From contig CAMOZC010000003.1 of NCBI GenBank assembly GCA_946630785.1, positions 78 through 32,077 on the forward strand: 32,000 nt of DNA, written 5' to 3'. Under the pieces are notes generated by a model. It worked only from the letters and a program-made list of their open reading frames with translations. It did no database searches and was not told where the DNA came from. The translations under genes and the position numbers were made by a program. Source of the DNA: an uncultured Clostridia bacterium. Lineage in GTDB: Bacteria; Bacillota; Clostridia; Christensenellales; UBA1242. The stretch's first letter is position 1. Each line of letters starts with the position of its first letter. Shown here piece by piece: positions 25,838 to 32,000 of the stretch.

Positions 25838-28393
25838 ATGCATAAAGCAAAAATCAAACAATTTTTATTCATTATTGCTACAATTTTTTATATCACAATT
25901 CCAGCTTTCTTCTTAACGGCTTGCGGTGGAAACAGTAGTGGCGATTCAGATTCGCTTATGAATATTTATATTATGACTGATAATAACCCAGACTTTTTGT
26001 CGCAGACTGCTTATATTGATGAAACATATGGGGTTAGGTTAAGTGATATTCTTCAAAGAGTGTCGTATGTATTTGAATTCAGTAATGGAAAGAAAAAGAA
26101 CAAAGATGAATTAACTGAAGCTGAAATTGAAAAAATCTTAAGTTTGGGAGAGCCAGCTGAAAAGTATTATTTAGGTAGTTATCCAGAAAATGGTGGAGAT
26201 GCCATTTGGACAGAAGTTGAAGAAATTAGTCAGAATATCGTTCTAGATGTTGGTATGTATAAAATTGTTTATATGATTGCTGGACGTGGCTTGGAATTAC
26301 AAATCTCAATTCAGCAATCTGAGGAAGATACAACTAATTTACGTATTTCAGTTGTTCCGAATAGTAGTAGTAGTTATAACAGTAATTCTAATTACAAATT
26401 CGGTTGTCCAACCTATCAAAATTATCAATTTAATCCAGCAACCTACACTTCGGATTATAAAGTACAGGTTTATGATTATAAAACCAATAAAATTGTTTCA
26501 GGTTCAAAAGTAACCAAGGTTTATGCGTTGCCGCAAACCGCACCGGAAGATAATACAATTCAGTCATGGTGGGATGGGGTATCTGATGTGGAAATCCATG
26601 CCGGTGATAATCTAATAATTAAATATGATGAAATTAATTGTGAAAATAGTTATTCAAAAAAATCAATGCAACAAAATTTCTTAAGTTCTTATGTTCAGGA
26701 AATTACCATTACTAATTATAACGATGCGGAGTCAAGTACTTTAATGTACGATGATAGCACCATGGTTGTTAATACTGAAAGTCTTAAACCTGGACGCTAT
26801 TATTTGATTGCTGAATATCATGATGAAAATCATACGGGTGGTTATACAACACCCAAATCATCAAATACATTGGAAGTAAAAAAAGGCGACTTTGTTTGGA
26901 AGAATACAATTCATAAAGATTGTGAAGATTATAATGAGGCAGAAGCAACAAATTTCATTAAAAGTTTAACATTTAATATTGATTATTGGTTTAACACATC
27001 TATTGAGAATCCACTTTTTACAGTTGGAACTGAAAAAGCACTTCCAATGGATTTATTGAAAACTTTAACGATTGACATTAATTCGACTTATCCTGAAATT
27101 GACGACCCACATCAACCGGATGGCAGGAATGTTTGGCAAAATTATATGAATAGTAGTCCAGTCTGCATTGGTGGTCGTGGTGCTTTTGGTTGGTATAAAC
27201 TTGAATTAACTGGTAAAAAGTATCTTGAAGGTAGTACTAATGGAACTACCGTTGTTGGTCTTGATTGTTCGGATATGGAAAATGGAAGTATTAAGCTTCA
27301 AGCTAAAATCAAATTTGATGACGAGTATTCGGATTTAAAAGATTATTACAATGAAGACCAAACCATTTATCCGGTAATTGTAACGCTTCATAAAGGTCGT
27401 GTAAGTAAACCAACAATTAAATATATTGATGGTTTATCTGAAAGAAACGGAAAATATTCGTTTGAATATAATGGGCAGATGCGAAATTTGGAAGTTGAAG
27501 CTGGTTATGAAAATAGTGAAGTACAATTTTTCACAATTTCTGGTGATAGATTAGCCACCAATGTAGGTAATAGTTATACTTTAACTTATAAATTAAAGGA
27601 CAATGTTAACTATGAGATTGATGATTGTGAATCTGATCAGGTTGAATTTAATTGGGAAATTAGAAAGATTACTTTGAATGATGTTAATGAAGAATTCACT
27701 ACAAGTTACTTATATAATAACATTGTTGTTGAAAATGAGTATGGTAATATTAACGATTGTTATATTACTTATGTTCCGGGAGCTGAAAACAAAATTATCG
27801 CCACTGTTTCAAGTGAAAAATATACGATCATAAAAACTGCAGCCGTACAAAATGGTGAAAATGTTAGTATGCAGTATGTGTTTGAAGATGATAATTGTCC
27901 AGGTGTGATTGGTAAACGCATCGTTTTACCCGATGAAGAAAACGGTTTGGTTGATGGTCAGTTTATCTTTGAATTTGATGGATGCGAAAGTGATTCGTCT
28001 TACGTAACGATTCATATCTTAGTTGGTGCAACTTCTGTTTCTGAAAATTATACTTCTCATAATGCACTTCAAATTTTCATTGAAAAATTAGCCTATACAG
28101 AAGAAGAACTTGCTGAAATTTATGGTACATCTTTTGAAAAAAACAATGATAATCATTATACCGCAACGTTCAATATTGTTGTAGATGGTGAAAGAAAAAT
28201 TTCATCAACTGCAGTCCCTGAAGTTTCTACTACACATGGAGTATGGAAAATATATTATGTAGATAATGGTAATTACGTTGAAGTCATTCCTAGTGAGACT
28301 GTATTGCCTGACTTCGTCGGATGTTTAGTGTACCGGTTTGTTTCAAACGATAATATGTATGAAGATATTGGTGATGTTTCTGTAAACATTTGA
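25838..28393 (+). CDS. Large secreted lipoprotein (851 aa) with Ig-like/MBG-like segments
   Basis: Signal peptide and lipobox FFLTAC-GG; SD AAAGGAG; late segment GNSYTLTYKLKDNVNYEIDD...VEFNWEIRKI resembles surface-protein beta repeats. Confidence 0.85.
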   Translation: MHKAKIKQFLFIIATIFYITIPAFFLTACGGNSSGDSDSLMNIYIMTDNNPDFLSQTAYIDETYGVRLSDILQRVSYVFEFSNGKKKNKDELTEAEIEKILSLGEPAEKYYLGSYPENGGDAIWTEVEEISQNIVLDVGMYKIVYMIAGRGLELQISIQQSEEDTTNLRISVVPNSSSSYNSNSNYKFGCPTYQNYQFNPATYTSDYKVQVYDYKTNKIVSGSKVTKVYALPQTAPEDNTIQSWWDGVSDVEIHAGDNLIIKYDEINCENSYSKKSMQQNFLSSYVQEITITNYNDAESSTLMYDDSTMVVNTESLKPGRYYLIAEYHDENHTGGYTTPKSSNTLEVKKGDFVWKNTIHKDCEDYNEAEATNFIKSLTFNIDYWFNTSIENPLFTVGTEKALPMDLLKTLTIDINSTYPEIDDPHQPDGRNVWQNYMNSSPVCIGGRGAFGWYKLELTGKKYLEGSTNGTTVVGLDCSDMENGSIKLQAKIKFDDEYSDLKDYYNEDQTIYPVIVTLHKGRVSKPTIKYIDGLSERNGKYSFEYNGQMRNLEVEAGYENSEVQFFTISGDRLATNVGNSYTLTYKLKDNVNYEIDDCESDQVEFNWEIRKITLNDVNEEFTTSYLYNNIVVENEYGNINDCYITYVPGAENKIIATVSSEKYTIIKTAAVQNGENVSMQYVFEDDNCPGVIGKRIVLPDEENGLVDGQFIFEFDGCESDSSYVTIHILVGATSVSENYTSHNALQIFIEKLAYTEEELAEIYGTSFEKNNDNHYTATFNIVVDGERKISSTAVPEVSTTHGVWKIYYVDNGNYVEVIPSETVLPDFVGCLVYRFVSNDNMYEDIGDVSVNI

Positions 28394-28400
28394 GATTTGG

Positions 28401-28430
28401 TAGAAAATAACTTTTAAAAAGTTTTTTCTA
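28401..28430. terminator. Candidate bidirectional terminator between convergent lipoprotein gene and rnr
   Basis: TAGAAAA-T-AACTT-TTAAA-AAGTT-TTTTCTA, about 12 bp with one bulge. Confidence 0.55.
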
Positions 28431-28446
28431 TAAAGTCCGTTTAATT

Positions 28447-30144
28447 TTATCTAGCGGTGAATTCAATCTGGGATTTATGTAAGTTGACGTTTAATACTTT
28501 AACGGGTAGCGGGTCACCTATGCGAATTTTGGATTTTTTGCCAATCATTTGCATGGTGCCATCGTGGTAAAGATAATGGTCGTCAGGTAAATTTTCAATT
28601 CGGACCAAGCCCTCGGCTGTGTTTTCAGGAAGATAAACAAATACACCAAAATCAGTAATGCCGTTGACAATTCCGTTAAAGGTTTCACCAATATGTGCTT
28701 GCATGTATTCGGCACATTTTAAGTCGTCAACTTCGCGTTCGGCAGCGACTGCATCTAATTCAGTCTGTGATGATTGTTGACTGGCGGCAACGACAAAGGC
28801 GTTTAAGCGGTCAACTTGTTGACGCGTTAATTGGTTATCAAGATACATTTTGATAATACGATGAATCACTAAATCTGGGTAACGACGGATGGGAGAAGTA
28901 AAGTGACAATAGTAAGTTGCTCCCAGGGCGAAGTGTCCTACGCAATGTGGGTCATATTTTGCCTTTTGCATAGATCGCAAAGCTAAACTTGATACAATGA
29001 TTTTTACATTTTCGTCGGCTATTTGTTCCAGCATGTTTTGATATTGAAAGCCTGTTGGATTTTCAAAATCAATTTGATGTCGTATGTTGAAAGGCGTTAG
29101 TGTACTTAAAAATCGGATGACTTTCAATGAGTCTGGTTTTTCGTGGATACGATAGACGAATGGCAAGTGTAATTTATAACAGTGCTCAGCAACAACTTCA
29201 TTGGCTAAAATCATGAAAGTTTCAATGATGCGATGGCTTAAATTGTGTGGCTGTGAATACACAGATGCAATTTGTCCGTTGCTATCCAAAACAATTTTGG
29301 GTTCAGGAACGTTAAAAGTAATTTCGCCACGTGCTTGACGGTCGTGTTCAAATTTTTGTGTAATTTCAGCCATACGTAACAGCATCGTGCGGTGTTGGTG
29401 ATCTTGTTGCCCATCAAGGATTGCCTGTACTTCGTCATAAGAAAAACGGGTAACTGATTGAATTAAAGATTTTTTGATTTCGTGTTTAACCAAGTTGTAT
29501 TTTTGGTCTAATGTCATTAAAACTGATAATGTCAAACGTGGTTCATTTGGATTTAAAGAGCATACACCGTTGGAAAGTTGTGTTGGCAACATTGGTAATA
29601 CGCGGTCAGGAAAGTAAACACTGGTACCGCGGCGATAAGCTTCTTTGTCTAGTAAACTATCAGCGGTTACATATTCTGAAACATCGGCAATATGGACACC
29701 TAGTGTCATGGTTCCGTCTGGATTATCGACTAAGCTGATGGCATCGTCTAAGTCGCGAGCGTCAGCCGGGTCAACTGTAATAATTGGCAAACCACGTAAA
29801 TCAACGCGGTTATACATGGCTTTTTCAATTTTAAGTTTTGATACGCGTTCGGCTTCTTGTAAAACAGCGGCAGGAAATTCTTGTACCAATTTGTATTTTT
29901 TCATGATACTGTCAATCGTAACTGGTTGGTTTTGATGAGCGATAACACGGATAACTTCAGCATCTGGTTTATCGTTGTGTTTTTTCTTTTTGAATCTAAT
30001 TTCAACGATATCGCCGTCAACTGCGCCGTGCAAATTATCCTTTGCGATGAATATATCATTATCTTGGTCTGGAAGGTTGACAAATCCATAACCTTTCAAA
30101 GTGATTGTTAATTCTCCAGTTAACCGATTTTCTATTTTGCTCAC
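28447..30144 (-). CDS. rnr: RNase II/R family exoribonuclease, compact form (GTG start)
   Basis: GYGFVNLPDQDNDIFIAKDNLHGAVDGD cold-shock domain; ITVDPADARDLDDAISL catalytic motif; C-terminal S1 domain GIVNGITDFGVFVYLPE. Confidence 0.93.
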   Translation of the reverse strand: MSKIENRLTGELTITLKGYGFVNLPDQDNDIFIAKDNLHGAVDGDIVEIRFKKKKHNDKPDAEVIRVIAHQNQPVTIDSIMKKYKLVQEFPAAVLQEAERVSKLKIEKAMYNRVDLRGLPIITVDPADARDLDDAISLVDNPDGTMTLGVHIADVSEYVTADSLLDKEAYRRGTSVYFPDRVLPMLPTQLSNGVCSLNPNEPRLTLSVLMTLDQKYNLVKHEIKKSLIQSVTRFSYDEVQAILDGQQDHQHRTMLLRMAEITQKFEHDRQARGEITFNVPEPKIVLDSNGQIASVYSQPHNLSHRIIETFMILANEVVAEHCYKLHLPFVYRIHEKPDSLKVIRFLSTLTPFNIRHQIDFENPTGFQYQNMLEQIADENVKIIVSSLALRSMQKAKYDPHCVGHFALGATYYCHFTSPIRRYPDLVIHRIIKMYLDNQLTRQQVDRLNAFVVAASQQSSQTELDAVAAEREVDDLKCAEYMQAHIGETFNGIVNGITDFGVFVYLPENTAEGLVRIENLPDDHYLYHDGTMQMIGKKSKIRIGDPLPVKVLNVNLHKSQIEFTAR

Positions 30145-30165
30145 AGCAAATTATAAGTGTATAAT
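30137..30165 (+). promoter_or_regulatory. Predicted promoter of the HEPN-CBS gene (TTGCTC-N17-TATAAT)
   Basis: -35 TTGCTC 30137-30142, 17-nt spacer, -10 TATAAT 30160-30165, 6 nt from ATG 30172. Confidence 0.65.
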
Positions 30166-30178
30166 AACAATATGTCAA
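30150..30178 (-). promoter_or_regulatory. Perfect-consensus rnr promoter (TTGACA-N17-TATAAT)
   Basis: Minus strand: TTGACA (30178-30173), 17 nt, TATAAT (30155-30150), 5 nt from GTG 30144. Confidence 0.88.
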
Positions 30179-30909
30179 ACATGTCAAATTTAACAGGAAA
30201 GTCTTTGGGTACGCGTTTTTTGGATGCGTATAACGCAATTGATAAGACTTTACGTACACAATACAATTATAAGACAACGATTTCTTTTTCGGATTTGATT
30301 CGTCGTTGTGCTGATTTAAATTCGGTAATTCGTGGACACGAAAACGATTTGATTAATTTTGCGCGTTTACGCAATGCAATCGTGCATAGTAGTGATAACA
30401 ACAAAGTTATTGCGGAACCGCATTTGGATGTCGTTGAATTAATGGAGAAAATTGCATCATTGATTACGACACCACCATTGGTAATTAATGTTTTGCATCA
30501 ACGTCCAGTAACCGTTATTGATGCTACGCGTAGTCTTTATGATTTGATTAAAGAAACAGGTATTACTGGTCACGGAATGATTCCAGCTTATAAAGGCAAC
30601 ACTTTGATTGGAATTGTGCGTTGGCGCAAATTGATTGAAGATTTGGCAAAAATTTTGGATACAACCGATTTAGATGATTTTATTCGTAAAACCTCAATAG
30701 AGAATTATTTGCGTATGTATCCACAAAGTGGACACTTTACAATTGTCAGAAAAGACATTTCAATTGAACAAGCGTTAACAATCTTTAATAATAACCGTAA
30801 GATTGCAGCCATACTTTTGACAGATAATGGCACCGCCATGGAACGTCCGGTAGGCTTTTTAACCAATGCTGATATTATTGATTTAGTAAAAATTATTGAA
30901 AGTTATTAA
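30172..30909 (+). CDS. N-terminal HEPN-like helical domain fused to a CBS-domain pair
   Basis: ARLRNAIVHS (R-N-x3-H); CBS-like segments RPVTVIDATRSLYDLIKETGITGHGMIPAYKGNTLIGIVRWRKL and KDISIEQALTIFNNNRKIAAILLTDNG...PVGFLTNADIIDLV. Confidence 0.7.
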   Translation: MSNMSNLTGKSLGTRFLDAYNAIDKTLRTQYNYKTTISFSDLIRRCADLNSVIRGHENDLINFARLRNAIVHSSDNNKVIAEPHLDVVELMEKIASLITTPPLVINVLHQRPVTVIDATRSLYDLIKETGITGHGMIPAYKGNTLIGIVRWRKLIEDLAKILDTTDLDDFIRKTSIENYLRMYPQSGHFTIVRKDISIEQALTIFNNNRKIAAILLTDNGTAMERPVGFLTNADIIDLVKIIESY

Positions 30910-30952
30910 AAATAATGTTAATTTATAATTGCAACTAAAAAAAGGAATAAAT

Positions 30953-32000
30953 ATGAAAAAAGAAACTGCTGTATTTGATTTTAACCATAATTATGAACCG
31001 GCCGATATCCTGGCCAAAATAAAAGAAAAAAACAAAGGCAAACCGAAGTTTAACTTTTTGGATGGTCCTGTAACTGCGAACGCGCCATTGTGTTTGCACC
31101 ATGGTTGGGGCCGTACTTTAAAGGATGCATATAACCGCTATAATTCATTGATTGGTAAAGATGTTGATTACATCTGGGGTTTTGATGCTCAAGGTATGTG
31201 GGTTGAAGTTGAAGTTGAAAAATTATTAGGGTTAAATAATAAAAAAGAAATTACGCAATATGGTGTTGATAAGTTTACCGAAAAATGTATTGAACGTGTC
31301 AATTTCTTTAAAAACCATCAAACCGAACAAAGTAAAATCTTTGAACAGTTAGGTGATTGGGACAATAGTTATATCACTAATTCTGATAAAAATATCACTT
31401 CTATTTGGCATTTCTTGAAAGTTTGTAATGACAAAAAAATGTTGAAACAAAGTTATAAAACCATGCCGTGGTGTCCGCGTTGTGGTACCAGTTTAAGTGA
31501 ACATGAAATGAGTGGTTCTTATAAAGAACGTACTCATAAAGCTGTGTTCGTTAAAGCCAAACTGGTTGACCATAACGAACGTATTTTGGTATGGACAACA
31601 ACTCCGTGGACCTTAGCTGCAAATATGGCCATTGCGGTTAATCCTGAATTTACATATTGTAAATGTGAAGTTAAGAGTGATAAAAATTTATTGATTGTCT
31701 GTGAAAAACAATTAAAAGTTTTGCGTGATGATTTAGTAAAAGTTGTCGAAAAGGTTAGTGGTGCAGATTTGGTTGGCTTAGTCTATGAACCATTCTTGCC
31801 TTTGCAAAAACAACAATTTGAACACAAAATTGTGGCTTGGGATCAAGTAGACGAAATTGATGGTTCGGGTGCTGTTCATATCGCGCCTGGTTGCGGTGCG
31901 GAAGACTTCGCATTGGGTACTAAATTACACATGGAACCATTTATTATTCCTGTTGGGGAAAATGGTGCCTTCTACGATGATTTCGAATGGTTGGCTGGTT
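30953..32000 (+). CDS. ileS: Isoleucyl-tRNA synthetase, 5' part (continues beyond window)
   Basis: FNFLDGPVTANAPLCLHHGWGRTLKDAYNRY, GFDAQGMWVEVEVEKLLG, MPWCPRCGTSLSEHE, VWTTTPWTLAANMAIAV; SD AAGGAA; not in the ORF track because it runs off the window. Confidence 0.9.
   Translation, partial: MKKETAVFDFNHNYEPADILAKIKEKNKGKPKFNFLDGPVTANAPLCLHHGWGRTLKDAYNRYNSLIGKDVDYIWGFDAQGMWVEVEVEKLLGLNNKKEITQYGVDKFTEKCIERVNFFKNHQTEQSKIFEQLGDWDNSYITNSDKNITSIWHFLKVCNDKKMLKQSYKTMPWCPRCGTSLSEHEMSGSYKERTHKAVFVKAKLVDHNERILVWTTTPWTLAANMAIAVNPEFTYCKCEVKSDKNLLIVCEKQLKVLRDDLVKVVEKVSGADLVGLVYEPFLPLQKQQFEHKIVAWDQVDEIDGSGAVHIAPGCGAEDFALGTKLHMEPFIIPVGENGAFYDDFEWLAG

Noticed and set aside
26361-26395. AGTAGTAGTAGT microsatellite as possible phase-variation tract
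   Set aside because: Only about four AGT triplets encoding a Ser-rich linker; triplet changes would not shift the frame.
30910-30952. T-box or riboswitch upstream of ileS
   Set aside because: The gap is only 43 nt, with no T-box sequence (TGGNACCGCG-like), no specifier stem and no terminator.
1-32000. Mobile elements, CRISPR arrays, prophage, toxin-antitoxin or defence cluster
   Set aside because: No transposase, integrase, recombinase, repeat-spacer array or defence genes seen. The only tandem repeats are protein-coding TPGP units, and the HEPN-like domain is fused to CBS without an MNT or toxin partner.
31021-32000. Possible ileS pseudogene because of the unusual HIGH region
   Set aside because: The frame is open to the window end and other motifs (WCPRCGTSLS, WTTTPWTL) are intact, so it reads as a divergent functional subgroup.

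Overview
AT-rich, gene-dense bacterial chromosome segment. Gene content suggests a Firmicutes/Clostridia-like lineage with reduced features. No transposons, CRISPR arrays, prophage or defence island were seen. Left to right: mreB-like fragment, SpoIVFB-like M50 protease, tRNA-Met(CAT) (-), rpsF-ssb-rpsR, murC, rpmE-prmC-prfA, nrdR/ricT/ytxC-like (-), thrS-rimM-trmD, rbgA-yraN, holB-like/tmk (-), spmA-spmB, tRNA-Phe, a 1000-aa-class orphan gene with C-terminal TPGP repeats, rpoB-rpoC-secG, an 851-aa orphan lipoprotein, a compact rnr (-), a HEPN-like/CBS fusion, and a 5' part of ileS whose HIGH motif is non-canonical. The most interesting signal is regulatory. Many genes (rpmE, thrS, the orphan giant gene, rnr, the HEPN-CBS gene, ricT, probably tmk/spmA/murC) have a sigma70-type -10 box only 5-9 nt upstream of the start codon and no Shine-Dalgarno, implying leaderless mRNAs next to ordinary SD-led operons. 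At rnr/HEPN-CBS the two divergent leaderless promoters are interlocked, so each gene's first codons form the other's -35 region. Other notable points are a perfect terminator hairpin overlapping the murC start codon, a heavily substituted rifampicin-binding region in RpoB, scattered sporulation-type genes, and convergent gene pairs that share a TTAA as overlapping stop codons.
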